In this document: positions 8,741 to 18,012 of the stretch, in pieces | How the letters are laid out: each line of letters starts with the position of its first letter | Numbering within the stretch: position 1 is the stretch's first letter | Assembly: GCA_018239985.1 (NCBI GenBank) | Contig: JAFEGK010000010.1 | Span: forward strand, 12,451 to 76,450 | Direction: 5' to 3' | Length of the DNA stretch: 64,000 nucleotides | Source of the DNA: Verrucomicrobiota bacterium | GTDB lineage: Bacteria > Chlamydiota > Chlamydiia > Chlamydiales > Rhabdochlamydiaceae | Notes under the pieces: model-generated | Seen by the model: only the letters and a program-made list of their open reading frames with translations | Databases searched by the model: none | Told to the model about the DNA's origin: nothing | Program-made: the position numbers and the translations under genes

Positions 8741-9361
8741 ATGGCTCAAAAGGGCGATTTTGCTGCGCACCGGAGTTCTGCAATTACCTCTTTAGTTAAG
8801 GTTATCTGCTTTTATACCCCAAACACCCCTTATCAACAAGAGGTGATTCATTTGCAGGCGTCTTGCCAAGCGCTGGGCATCCCTATCGAAATAGAGCCTA
8901 TCGAGTCGAAAGGAAGCTGGGAAAAAAATGTAGCGATGAAGCCTAGCTTCATTTTAGAAAAACTCAAAACTTCCATCTCGCCCCTTTTATGGGTCGATGC
9001 CGACGCTGTATTCCTCCAAAAACCAGACTTTTCTCAATTTCTAAAGGGCGATTTCGCTGTCCGCTTCATGGAAATTTTTCAAGACCGGCCCGAATTTTCC
9101 CTCAATGCCGCCACCCTCTTCATCAACCAAACCCCCGCGGCGCACAATTTAGTCGAGGCCTGGGTTCGCAGGTGCGCAGAACTGGGGGATATTCCGTATG
9201 CTGATCAAATCTCTCTATATCAAGTGCTCCAAGAAAATCAAAACGCCAAGATCTTGCCTTTACCCGTCAGCTATTGTAAGATCTATGATATCGACTCCTT
9301 TTTCATTAATGATGATCAGGTGGTCATCGAACAAAGGCAAGCGTCGCGCCGATACCGATGA
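8741..9361 (+). CDS. GT-A-like nucleotide-diphospho-sugar transferase (putative)
   Basis: It has a DxD motif (LLWVDADAVF), a later DQISLYQVL, and a beta1-like KVICFYTP near the N-terminus. The start is uncertain, because the ORF is open from 8600. Confidence 0.5.
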   Translation: MAQKGDFAAHRSSAITSLVKVICFYTPNTPYQQEVIHLQASCQALGIPIEIEPIESKGSWEKNVAMKPSFILEKLKTSISPLLWVDADAVFLQKPDFSQFLKGDFAVRFMEIFQDRPEFSLNAATLFINQTPAAHNLVEAWVRRCAELGDIPYADQISLYQVLQENQNAKILPLPVSYCKIYDIDSFFINDDQVVIEQRQASRRYR

Positions 9362-10569
9362 GAATTATTTTTTTGCTATTTTTTTCTGTTTCGATTTACG
9401 CACAGCCCATCCGCATTGGGCTCGATAGGCTCTTTGATGAGCAATATGCTCACTTTATCAAAAATAAACGGGTGGGCCTCATTACCAACCACACCGGCGT
9501 CGATAGCAATCTCTGCTCGAATATTAAAATTTTCAAAACTAAAGCGCATTTGGTCGCAATTTTTTGCCCAGAGCATGGGATCGATGGGGCCGCACGGGCC
9601 GATGAAAAAATAGATCACAGCAAGGATCGGGATGGGATCCATATCTACAGCCTCCATGGAGAGACCCGCCGTCCGACCGAACAGATGCTCAAAGATATCG
9701 ACGTTCTTGTCTATGATATTCAAGAGATAGGCTGCCGTTCCTACACTTACATTTCTACCCTCTTTTATGCGATGGAAGAGGCTGCAAAAAAAGGAATTCC
9801 TGTCGTCGTCCTTGATCGACCCAATCCGATGGGAGGCAAAGTCGTCGATGGGCCTATGTTGCAAGACAAATGGCGGTCATTCATGGGCTACATCAACATC
9901 CCGTATTGCCACGGGATGACCGTCGCTGAACTGGCCCGTTTTTTTAACGCCGAGTACAAAATCGGCTGCAAATTACACCTAGTTCCAATGGAAGGGTGGA
10001 AGCGAAAAATGACCTACAAAGAGACAGGCCTAGCCTGGATCCCCACGAGCCCCTATATTCCTGAGTCGGACACCCCGTTTTTCTATGCGTCGACCGGCAT
10101 TCTTGGCGCCCTTGGCGTTGTCAACATTGGCATCGGCTATACCCTGCCCTTTAAAGTAATTGGAGCGCCCTGGATCGATGGTTACCATTTGGCTGAAAAA
10201 CTGAATTCCCAGCAACTTCCCGGCGTTAAATTTGTCCCCTTTTATTACCAGCCTTTCTATGGCAAATTTGCAAAAGAGCAATGCGAAGGGGTTAAAATCG
10301 TCATCACCGATCCAGAAATTTACCGCCCCCTTTCTGTCCAATATATGTTGATTGGCATGCTCAAATCGCTCTATCCTATCCAGTTTCAAGCCAAGTTAAA
10401 CCAGATCACCGATGCAGACAAAAGCTCGTTTTGCAAAGTCAATGGCAACTCTGAGATGCTCAATATCATTCTCAAAGAGAGCTTCTTTGCCTGGAAGCTG
10501 ATCGGCTATGAAAAAGAAGCCAGAGAGGCTTTCATCGAGAAGCGGAAGAGATATTTGCTCTATGACTAA
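9358..10569 (+). CDS. DUF1343 / NamZ-like exo-beta-N-acetylmuramidase, secreted
   Basis: It has a signal peptide and family motifs (KRVGLITNHTGVD, FCPEHG, DVLVYDIQEIGCRSYTYIST, VVVLDRPNP, HGMTVAELA) that match my memory of B. subtilis YbbC/NamZ. It is joined to the upstream gene by an ATGA overlap. Confidence 0.85.
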   Translation: MRIIFLLFFSVSIYAQPIRIGLDRLFDEQYAHFIKNKRVGLITNHTGVDSNLCSNIKIFKTKAHLVAIFCPEHGIDGAARADEKIDHSKDRDGIHIYSLHGETRRPTEQMLKDIDVLVYDIQEIGCRSYTYISTLFYAMEEAAKKGIPVVVLDRPNPMGGKVVDGPMLQDKWRSFMGYINIPYCHGMTVAELARFFNAEYKIGCKLHLVPMEGWKRKMTYKETGLAWIPTSPYIPESDTPFFYASTGILGALGVVNIGIGYTLPFKVIGAPWIDGYHLAEKLNSQQLPGVKFVPFYYQPFYGKFAKEQCEGVKIVITDPEIYRPLSVQYMLIGMLKSLYPIQFQAKLNQITDADKSSFCKVNGNSEMLNIILKESFFAWKLIGYEKEAREAFIEKRKRYLLYD

Positions 10570-11431
10570 GAGAGTGTTAACAGCCTCTAAAATCGGCACA
10601 GTCATTAGTTTCTGCACCCATGATATCCGATTTTTAGATCGCAATATTAAAGCCGTACGCCGTTTCTCCTCTCAAATTGTAATTCCTGTCTGCGACCATT
10701 TTTATAATGGGAAAAAAGAGGATTTGGAACTGCTGCAGAAAGTTTATCAAAACTACCCAGATGTCGATTTCGTCGAATTTGCCTATAGCGAAGAAGAGGT
10801 GTATGGCACGCCGGCAAAACTCGTCCGCGGCAGCCCTGATTGGGCCCAGCACTGGCATAACAGCGCCCGCCTCGTGGGCAGTTATTTTCTTAGACCTGAG
10901 ATCGATGCCGTTTTATTTGTCGATACCGATGAGATTTTCACTGCCGATATCCCTCAGCACGACTATCACGCCCTCCGATTTGCCACCTATTGGTACTTTA
11001 GGAGCGCAAGTCAATGCGCCACAGTAACCCCCGATGGGCCCTTGCTCATTCAAAAAAAACTGCTCTCAACAGAGCTCTTGCTCAATCCCCATGAGCGGAT
11101 GGGGATGTTTGAGCAAGTCCAAGGAAAAAAGGAGAGGGAATTTTGTGTCGATGGCAAGCCAATCGTTAACCATTATAGCTGGGTCCGGACCCATGAAGAG
11201 ATGCTCAATAAAGTGCGCACCTGGGGCCACCACTGGGAGCGCGACTGGGAAAAATTGATGAAAAGCGAGGGGGACTTCGTCCGAAAATATGACTATAGGG
11301 AAGTAGAGGTCGATTGGGATCCGTTGAGACAAGAGATCAGTTACCCCGAAATTAAAGGAATTCCTAATAATGTGACTAAGGTAAACCCAAACGATATTTT
11401 TCGAATGGAGATTAAATATTTTATAACTTAA
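10562..11431 (+). CDS. DxD-motif glycosyltransferase-like protein, paralog A
   Basis: It is a paralog of 12104..12964 (VCDHFYNG, HWHNSARLVGSYFL, FVDTDEIF, NHYSWVRTHEEMLNKVRTWGH). I trimmed the start to the ATG at 10562, which overlaps the NamZ-like stop as ATGACTAA. Confidence 0.5.
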   Translation: MTKRVLTASKIGTVISFCTHDIRFLDRNIKAVRRFSSQIVIPVCDHFYNGKKEDLELLQKVYQNYPDVDFVEFAYSEEEVYGTPAKLVRGSPDWAQHWHNSARLVGSYFLRPEIDAVLFVDTDEIFTADIPQHDYHALRFATYWYFRSASQCATVTPDGPLLIQKKLLSTELLLNPHERMGMFEQVQGKKEREFCVDGKPIVNHYSWVRTHEEMLNKVRTWGHHWERDWEKLMKSEGDFVRKYDYREVEVDWDPLRQEISYPEIKGIPNNVTKVNPNDIFRMEIKYFIT

Positions 11432-11512
11432 TAATAAAATATATTGACTAATTTTCACATATTTTACAATTTGATATAATACTACTGAATGTAATATTTG
11501 GGAGATTAATTT

Positions 11513-12085
11513 ATGAGCGGAATTCTTAGTGCAATTGGGTCCAAACTTTGGCGTACACCACAGGTTGAAAAGCCGGTTCCCGCCCCTCAGAAACAACCGG
11601 TAGAAGTGAAAACCGATCCCTATTTTCGAAATGAAAAAGGATGGCCTTGTTACAACATTGAGATGTTGTCGATTGAGCAATGTGATGTTGTGAATACCGA
11701 ATGTCGCACAGAAGCCTCTTTTGAAAGAAATTGGGCAATTGCGGAAGCTGTTGGAGCCACATTACTCGGATTGGGAATGATCGGCACAGGTGTTTTGGTC
11801 GCTAAACTCGCGAGCCTATTCTTTGTCACTTTTTTCGCAGCAATTGCCATCCACTCAGCGACAACTTTTAGCTCGCTTACCTACTTTCTCATCCGTGTTG
11901 TGACTCATTTGGCAGTGATCAGTGGGACTGCGACCTTAATCCAAATGCTTTGGAATGCTACCTATGAATCGGTTCAAAATCACTGGGAAGCGGCCAAGCA
12001 TCTCGATGATCAAGGGGTCAGAGCACTGCTGCACAAAACGAAAGAGAACTACGTAAAAAAAGTAGAGCTTGCACCAGCTCAATAA
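11513..12085 (+). CDS. Inc-like membrane protein with a long multi-lobed hydrophobic core
   Basis: A hydrophobic block of about 80 aa (AIAEAVGATLLGLGMIG...VISGTATLIQ) is followed by a C-terminal QNHWEAAKHL motif. That motif is shared with 22290..22700 and 22865..23320. Confidence 0.6.
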   Translation: MSGILSAIGSKLWRTPQVEKPVPAPQKQPVEVKTDPYFRNEKGWPCYNIEMLSIEQCDVVNTECRTEASFERNWAIAEAVGATLLGLGMIGTGVLVAKLASLFFVTFFAAIAIHSATTFSSLTYFLIRVVTHLAVISGTATLIQMLWNATYESVQNHWEAAKHLDDQGVRALLHKTKENYVKKVELAPAQ

Positions 12086-12103
12086 TTCTGGCACATACAA
12101 AAT

Positions 12104-12964
12104 GTGCTAGCGACAATTATCAATTTTTCCTCCAATGAAGCGCTTTTTCTTAAGGCTTGCCTAGAACAAGCGCTTCTCTTCTCCGATCAAATCCTCGTAC
12201 CGGTTTGCGATCATTTTTTCGATGGAACCCCGGAAAATCGGGAGCTCTTAGACACTATTTATGCCGCGCATGAGGAGGTACAGTTCATCGAATATGCTTG
12301 GTCTAAGGAGAACTTCTATGCCGATCATCCCACCCATTTTTGGCATAACTTAAGCCGTTTGATTGGCACCTATTTTCTCAATCCGCAAATCGACAGGGTC
12401 CTTTTTCTCGATGTCGATGAAATTGTCGAAGGGCAAGCGTTTGCAAAGTGGCTCAAACAGTTTCCTTTCGCAGATTATGTAGCAATGCGGCTCGCCTGCT
12501 ATTGGTATTTTCGGGAGGCGAAATATCAAGCGCTCCAGTGGGAAGATACTCCATTGCTCATAAGTAAAGCTGCTTTACATTACGATGCGCTCATGCATCC
12601 GAATGAGCGCGCCGGCACTTTTCACCTTGCCGAAGGGAAAAAATTGCGAAACGTCCTTTCGGATGAAGAGATACCCATGATCCATCATTACAGCTGGGTA
12701 CGGAGCAAAGAGGCCCTTTTGCGTAAAGTCAGTTGCTGGGGTCACCGGGATGAGCGCAATTGGCGAGATTTGGTCGAAGCTGAATTTGCGAACGAGTTTT
12801 CGGGGATCGATTTTGTTCATGGGTATTCATTCAAAGAAGTGGAACCTCTCTTTAAGCCACATCACTACCCGCTCGGGCCAAAAAAGGGGTCGAATGTCCG
12901 CTATTTAAAAACTCTCGATATCCACAAAATCGATCTTGAGCTAAAATTCTTCACCAAGCGATGA
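12104..12964 (+). CDS. DxD-motif glycosyltransferase-like protein, paralog B (GTG start)
   Basis: It has VCDHFFDG, FWHNLSRLIGTYFL, FLDVDEIV and HHYSWVRSKEALLRKVSCWGH. The only in-frame start after the upstream stop is GTG at 12104. Confidence 0.5.
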   Translation: MLATIINFSSNEALFLKACLEQALLFSDQILVPVCDHFFDGTPENRELLDTIYAAHEEVQFIEYAWSKENFYADHPTHFWHNLSRLIGTYFLNPQIDRVLFLDVDEIVEGQAFAKWLKQFPFADYVAMRLACYWYFREAKYQALQWEDTPLLISKAALHYDALMHPNERAGTFHLAEGKKLRNVLSDEEIPMIHHYSWVRSKEALLRKVSCWGHRDERNWRDLVEAEFANEFSGIDFVHGYSFKEVEPLFKPHHYPLGPKKGSNVRYLKTLDIHKIDLELKFFTKR

Positions 12965-13467
12965 AACGACTATTCTTTTTTCTTCTTTTTTGCACTATTT
13001 CCTTGTCTGCGAACCCTTTTACAGGTTTCTTTGATTCTGTCGATCGTGGAGATCTGGATAAGGTGATGGAATTTTTAGAGAAGATGAAGCCAAAAATCGA
13101 GCCTCTTCCCTATTTCAGAACAGCAACACGCGGTCTTGTCACTGCAATAGAATGGAAGTTTCGGCAAGATATTTCCCGTGACGTGGCCTATGAGAGAGCG
13201 CTTGTTGAAATTGGACGGGGCGAGCTCACTGCCCAGAACAAGGAAGAGCTTAGCGACATCATCGAATATCTCGCAGAAGATCCTGAGTCGCTTTGGCAGA
13301 AGAGCAAAAATCTCTTTAAGAAGAAGAAAAAGAAGGAGATCCCTCCTTTCCGCATAGAAGCGGTGGAAATCTATTTTGGAGCCCTACTATCGCAAGTCAC
13401 CTGGGTGCCGGCAAGCAATTTTGGTGTGAAGATGATGACCGATGGGGTAAAGAGGGCGAAAACATGA
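12961..13467 (+). CDS. Secreted hypothetical protein
   Basis: It has a signal peptide (MKRLFFFLLFCTISLSA), ATGA overlaps at both ends, and no recognisable domain. Confidence 0.55.
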   Translation: MKRLFFFLLFCTISLSANPFTGFFDSVDRGDLDKVMEFLEKMKPKIEPLPYFRTATRGLVTAIEWKFRQDISRDVAYERALVEIGRGELTAQNKEELSDIIEYLAEDPESLWQKSKNLFKKKKKKEIPPFRIEAVEIYFGALLSQVTWVPASNFGVKMMTDGVKRAKT

Positions 13468-14225
13468 TCGATTCGCATGCGCATTTAACCAGCGACGCCG
13501 TTTTGCCCATCGTCGATGCGGTCATCCAGCGTGCCAATCTCGTTGGCGTTGAGAAGATCGTCAACATTTGCACCGACGAGAAATCTCTTAAGGAAGGGTT
13601 GCTTGTAGCGAAGAAGCACAAAGGAGTTTACAATACTGCTGCGACGACGCCCCACGATGTTGAAACTGAAGGAGCCCTTTTTTTTCCCCTGGTGGAAGCA
13701 GCGGTGAGTGAACTTGTGGCAATTGGGGAAACAGGTCTCGATTACTTCTATGAGCACTCACCAAAAAAGCAGCAGCAGCACTATCTGAGCCGCTATTTTG
13801 AGCTCGCCCGAAAAGTCGATTTGCCGGTGGTCTTTCACTGTCGCGATGCCTTCGACGATCTTTTTGCGATGGCCGATGAGCAATTTCGTGACCGCCCGGC
13901 CCTCCTCCATTGTTTCACGGGGACAATCGACGAAGCGCGCCGTTGCTTGGATCGGGGGTGGTTCATCTCTTTCTCTGGGATCATCACTTTTAAAAAGTCG
14001 GATGCCTTGCGCGAAGTGGTCAAATTTGTGCCACTTGATCGGCTATTTGTCGAAACCGATACACCCTATCTTGCGCCGCATTCGAAGCGCGGCGAGCAAA
14101 ATGAGCCGGCTTTCGTTATCGAAACCGCAGCGAAAGTTGCTGAATTAAAAGGGACCTCGCTTGAAGTTGTCGAAAAAGTGACAAGTGAGAATATTTCAGG
14201 ATTTTTCTCTCTAAACAAAGTCTAG
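13464..14225 (+). CDS. TatD-family metal-dependent hydrolase/DNase
   Basis: It has MIDSHAHL, GETGLDY, an HCR motif (VVFHCRDA) and ETDTPYLAP. Confidence 0.9.
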   Translation: MIDSHAHLTSDAVLPIVDAVIQRANLVGVEKIVNICTDEKSLKEGLLVAKKHKGVYNTAATTPHDVETEGALFFPLVEAAVSELVAIGETGLDYFYEHSPKKQQQHYLSRYFELARKVDLPVVFHCRDAFDDLFAMADEQFRDRPALLHCFTGTIDEARRCLDRGWFISFSGIITFKKSDALREVVKFVPLDRLFVETDTPYLAPHSKRGEQNEPAFVIETAAKVAELKGTSLEVVEKVTSENISGFFSLNKV

Positions 14226-14338
14226 TTTTTTTATACGGCCCGCTCAAAAGGGAGCCATCTTGTCAAATTCACCAACTGTCAGCAGCATAGCTATTGAATC
14301 AAACAAAAATTTAGTGTACATTGCACCGTGAGGTGCAT

Positions 14339-15328
14339 ATGACAGTAAAAATTGATCCTATTCCGAAGGCATTCATTTGGCGGAGGCTCCATTCACTCAC
14401 GGGCCTTTGGTTTGTCCTCTTTTTAATCGAGCATTTGATTACGAATTCTCAGGCGGCTCTTCTTCTCGGAGAGAGCGGGCAGGGCTTTGTACGGGCGGTC
14501 AATTTCATCCACAATTTGCCCTATTTGACTGTGATTGAAGTGGGGCTGCTTGGTGTTCCGATTCTCATTCACGTGCTTTGGGGGGTCAAATATGCGCTCA
14601 CTTCGGCACCTAATTCCGGACACAGCGACGGAAGCCGGCCGCAAATGAAATATAGCCGCAACCGCGCTTACACGTGGCAAAGGATCACGGCGTGGTTACT
14701 GATTCCCCTTCTTGCGATGCACATCGTCAAATTCCGTTTTCTAGATTATCCCGTGGAAGTCAATACAGGATCTGTACCGAGTTTTATGCACGTAGTCAGT
14801 GTTGATCCGGGGCTGTATACGGTAGCAGATCGGCTCAATGTGCAATTATTTGATGAGGTTATGATAAAAAAAATGGTGCACGAGCATAGCTCTAAGGGGG
14901 CCTTGCTTGAAGCTGCTAGAGAGATCCGCGAAAAAGATCAGCAGACATTCAGCCAGACTGATCAGACAATTTTGCAAGCTGCGCAACATTATGAAGAGCA
15001 GAAGGCAACCGTTCAGGCGCTAGCAGGTATGCATCTAAAGCCTAATCAAGTGGTTGCTGTAGCACCGACGTTTGGGACCATTTCTCTTCTTGGAGTGCGC
15101 GATACTTTTAAGAGTCCAGTCTGGGTTGCAGTCTACACATTGTTTGTCATCAGCGCCTGTTTTCATGCTTTTAATGGTTTGTGGACCTCGATTGTCTCCT
15201 GGGGTTGGGTGATCCGCGCTGCAGCGCAGACGGGGGCTCGCAAAGTAGCGTATGTGCTGATGGCGATCATTGGTCTTTTAGGGCTCATAGCTGTCTGGGG
15301 GACCTATTTTTTTAATTTAAAGTATTAG
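14339..15328 (+). CDS. sdhC: Succinate dehydrogenase/fumarate reductase cytochrome b subunit
   Basis: It is a multi-TM protein directly upstream of sdhA and sdhB. GAGGTG lies upstream of the ATG at 14339, and the track start at 14321 is TTG. It contains a hydrophilic insert of about 100 aa. Confidence 0.7.
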   Translation: MTVKIDPIPKAFIWRRLHSLTGLWFVLFLIEHLITNSQAALLLGESGQGFVRAVNFIHNLPYLTVIEVGLLGVPILIHVLWGVKYALTSAPNSGHSDGSRPQMKYSRNRAYTWQRITAWLLIPLLAMHIVKFRFLDYPVEVNTGSVPSFMHVVSVDPGLYTVADRLNVQLFDEVMIKKMVHEHSSKGALLEAAREIREKDQQTFSQTDQTILQAAQHYEEQKATVQALAGMHLKPNQVVAVAPTFGTISLLGVRDTFKSPVWVAVYTLFVISACFHAFNGLWTSIVSWGWVIRAAAQTGARKVAYVLMAIIGLLGLIAVWGTYFFNLKY

Positions 15329-15336
15329 AGTTGGCG

Positions 15337-17217
15337 ATGGCGAAGAAGATAAAAGAAGTGATTGTAGTGGGCGGTGGGTTGGCGGGGCTTGCTGCGGCGA
15401 TGAAGCTTGCTGAAGGGGGATGCTCTGTCAAACTCTTTTCGGTGACGAAAGTCAAGAGGTCTCATTCGGTCTGTGCGCAAGGGGGGATCAATGCTGCTCT
15501 CAACATGAAAAACGAAGATGATTCACCGATCATTCACGCTTACGATACGATTAAAGGGGGAGATTTTCTTGCCGATCAGCCTCCTATTTTGGAAATGGCG
15601 CTCGCGGCTCCGAAGATTATTCGGATGATGGATCGATTTGGCTGCCCGTTTAATCGGACCAAAGAGGGAAATCTCGATGTCCGTCGTTTTGGCGGAACCC
15701 TCTATAACCGGACAGCGTTTTGTGGCGCTTCAACAGGCCAGCAGCTGCTCTATGCGCTCGATGAACAGGTGCGTCGCTACGAGGTGAAAGGGCTTGTTGA
15801 GAAATTTGAATCGCATGAATTCATGCGGCTGATCTTGGACGATGAGGCAATTGCGCGGGGCATTGTCTACATGGATCTTGTTACGATGGAATTGAAAGAG
15901 ATGAGGGGCGATGCGGTTGTTTTTGCAACTGGAGGCCCAGGGCTTATTTTCAAATACTCGACCAATTCGACATTTTGCACAGGGGCTGCAATGGGTAGGC
16001 TCTATATGCAAGGGATGCAATACGGCAATGGCGAGTTCATCCAAATTCATCCCACAGCTATTCCTGGGCAGGATAAATTGCGGCTGATTTCTGAATCTGT
16101 CCGTGGAGAAGGCGGGCGCGTTTGGGTCTACGGAGATTCTTCGAAAACAATCAAAACTCCTGAAGGGAGAGAAATCCCATGTGGAGAGACTGGCAAGCCG
16201 TGGTATTTCCTCGAAGAACTTTACCCTTCTTTCGGTAATCTAGTGCCTCGAGATATCGGTGCCAGGGAGGTGCTACATGTGTGTGAGATGGGGATGGGAG
16301 CCGAGGGAAAAAATCAGGTATATCTGGATGTGACCCATCTTAAGCCTGAGGTATGGAAAAAACTGGAATCTGTTCTCGATATCTACCAAAAATTCACTGG
16401 GGACGACCCTCGCAAGGTGCCGATGAAGATTTTCCCTGCTGTCCACTATTCGATGGGTGGTGCATGGTGCGACTGGCCAGCGGTAGATGATCCCGATCGT
16501 TTAACTCGCTTCCGCCATATGACCAATCTTCCAGGATGTTTTGCCATCGGAGAATGCGAATTCCAATACCACGGGGCGAATCGTCTTGGAGCCAACGCCC
16601 TGCTAGCCTGCATCTTTTCAGGTCTGGTTGCCGGAGTCGAAGTGCCCCGCTACATCGAGTCCTTAAAGGAAAAAGATATACCTGAATCGGTCTACAAGAA
16701 AGCGGTCTCTCAAGAAGAGGCCTTTAAGCAAGATTTAATGAGTAGAAATGGAAAAGAAAATATCCATCAACTTCACGACGAAATGGCCGATTATATGATC
16801 CGTTATGTGACCGTAAAGCGAGATAACAAGAATCTACAAAAGACGATTGATAAGCTCAAAGAGCTCCGAGAGCGTTACAAAAATATCTCTTTAGATGACA
16901 AAGGGAATTTGATGAATCAAACCTATGTCTTTGCTAACCAGTTCCGCTATATGCTTGAACTTGCCCTAGTGATCACCAAAGGGGCGCTGTTACGCAACGA
17001 GTTTCGTGGCTCGCACTATAAACCAGAATTTCCCAAACGAGATGATGCCAATTGGCTAAAACACACCATCGCTACGTATTCAGAAGATGAGCCGATCATC
17101 ACATATAAACCTGTCGATCTGCGCCATCTCGATCCGATTCTGCGCGATTATGTGCATGCAAAGCGGATCAAACCGACATTGAAAAATATTCCAGAAAATA
17201 TTGTTCTTCCGCTATGA
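15337..17217 (+). CDS. sdhA: Succinate dehydrogenase flavoprotein subunit
   Basis: It has VVGGGLAGLAAA, a covalent-FAD His context (RSHSVCAQGGINAA) and HYSMGG. Confidence 0.95.
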   Translation: MAKKIKEVIVVGGGLAGLAAAMKLAEGGCSVKLFSVTKVKRSHSVCAQGGINAALNMKNEDDSPIIHAYDTIKGGDFLADQPPILEMALAAPKIIRMMDRFGCPFNRTKEGNLDVRRFGGTLYNRTAFCGASTGQQLLYALDEQVRRYEVKGLVEKFESHEFMRLILDDEAIARGIVYMDLVTMELKEMRGDAVVFATGGPGLIFKYSTNSTFCTGAAMGRLYMQGMQYGNGEFIQIHPTAIPGQDKLRLISESVRGEGGRVWVYGDSSKTIKTPEGREIPCGETGKPWYFLEELYPSFGNLVPRDIGAREVLHVCEMGMGAEGKNQVYLDVTHLKPEVWKKLESVLDIYQKFTGDDPRKVPMKIFPAVHYSMGGAWCDWPAVDDPDRLTRFRHMTNLPGCFAIGECEFQYHGANRLGANALLACIFSGLVAGVEVPRYIESLKEKDIPESVYKKAVSQEEAFKQDLMSRNGKENIHQLHDEMADYMIRYVTVKRDNKNLQKTIDKLKELRERYKNISLDDKGNLMNQTYVFANQFRYMLELALVITKGALLRNEFRGSHYKPEFPKRDDANWLKHTIATYSEDEPIITYKPVDLRHLDPILRDYVHAKRIKPTLKNIPENIVLPL

Positions 17218-17224
17218 GATAAGT

Positions 17225-17989
17225 ATGACAAAAAAATTTACGCTAAAAATTTATCGTGGAACTCCAGGTAATCAATATTGGGAAGAATTTGAGCTTGAGC
17301 TAAAGCCTTTTTACAATATCACATCGGCGCTGATGGACATCCAGAAAAACCCGATCAACAAAAAGGGGGAGCGAGTCACCCCAGTTGCTTGGGAACAAGG
17401 ATGTTTGGAAGTGGTTTGTGGATCATGCTCGATGTTGGTCAATGGGCGTCCAGTACAAGCCTGTGTCATTCTGATCGAAAAGGTGCTGCAGGCCACTGGC
17501 AGTAACACTATTACCCTTGCCCCTTTCACCACATTCCCACTAATTAAAGATTTGGTGGTCAATCGGGACTCGATGTTTGATAATCTAAAGAAAATCTCAG
17601 CATGGATTGAAGTGGACAATGCTCTCGACAAAGGATTTGGCCCTAAAATCGATCCAAAAGTGCAAGAAGAGAGGTATGTTCTCTCTACCTGCATCACCTG
17701 TGGCTGCTGCACCGAAGCCTGTCCGCAGATGAATCCCCGCTCAAAATTCATCGGACCTGCAGCGATTTCACAAGTGCGCCTCTTCAACGCCCATCCAGTG
17801 GGCGAATTGACAGCAAAAGAGCGGATCCAGCCCCTTATGGAAGAGGGGGGCATATCCGATTGCGGCGACGCACAAAACTGCGTGCAAGCGTGTCCCAAAG
17901 ATATTCCTCTGACTGAATCGATCGCCCTAATGAGCCGCAAAACGGTTAGTCAAGCGTTGCGCAACGCTCTTAAGACAGAAGATGCATAA
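17225..17989 (+). CDS. sdhB: Succinate dehydrogenase iron-sulfur subunit
   Basis: Cys clusters are present (CGSCSMLVNG, CITCGCCTEACP, CVQACPK). I used the ATG at 17225, because the track start at 17201 is TTG. Confidence 0.93.
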   Translation: MTKKFTLKIYRGTPGNQYWEEFELELKPFYNITSALMDIQKNPINKKGERVTPVAWEQGCLEVVCGSCSMLVNGRPVQACVILIEKVLQATGSNTITLAPFTTFPLIKDLVVNRDSMFDNLKKISAWIEVDNALDKGFGPKIDPKVQEERYVLSTCITCGCCTEACPQMNPRSKFIGPAAISQVRLFNAHPVGELTAKERIQPLMEEGGISDCGDAQNCVQACPKDIPLTESIALMSRKTVSQALRNALKTEDA

Positions 17990-18012
17990 TATACTGATTA
18001 TTCAGGTATATA

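Noticed and set aside
8600-8783. N-terminal extensions of the ORF-track calls 8600..9361 and 7887..8783.
   Set aside because: Both extensions read through the same 14-bp GC palindrome and encode mirror-image low-complexity peptides. Conserved protein cores begin at the ATG at 8741 (GT) and the ATG at 8597 (TolQ).
9376-9864. A 162-aa minus-strand ORF.
   Set aside because: It is entirely antisense to the well-supported DUF1343/NamZ-like gene and has no motifs.
11066-11680. A 204-aa minus-strand ORF spanning the gap between the DxD paralog and the Inc-like gene.
   Set aside because: It is antisense to two supported genes and crosses an AT-rich promoter-like gap. Its composition is typical of a shadow ORF.
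17311-17940. A 209-aa minus-strand ORF.
   Set aside because: It is antisense to sdhB, whose Fe-S cluster motifs are unambiguous.
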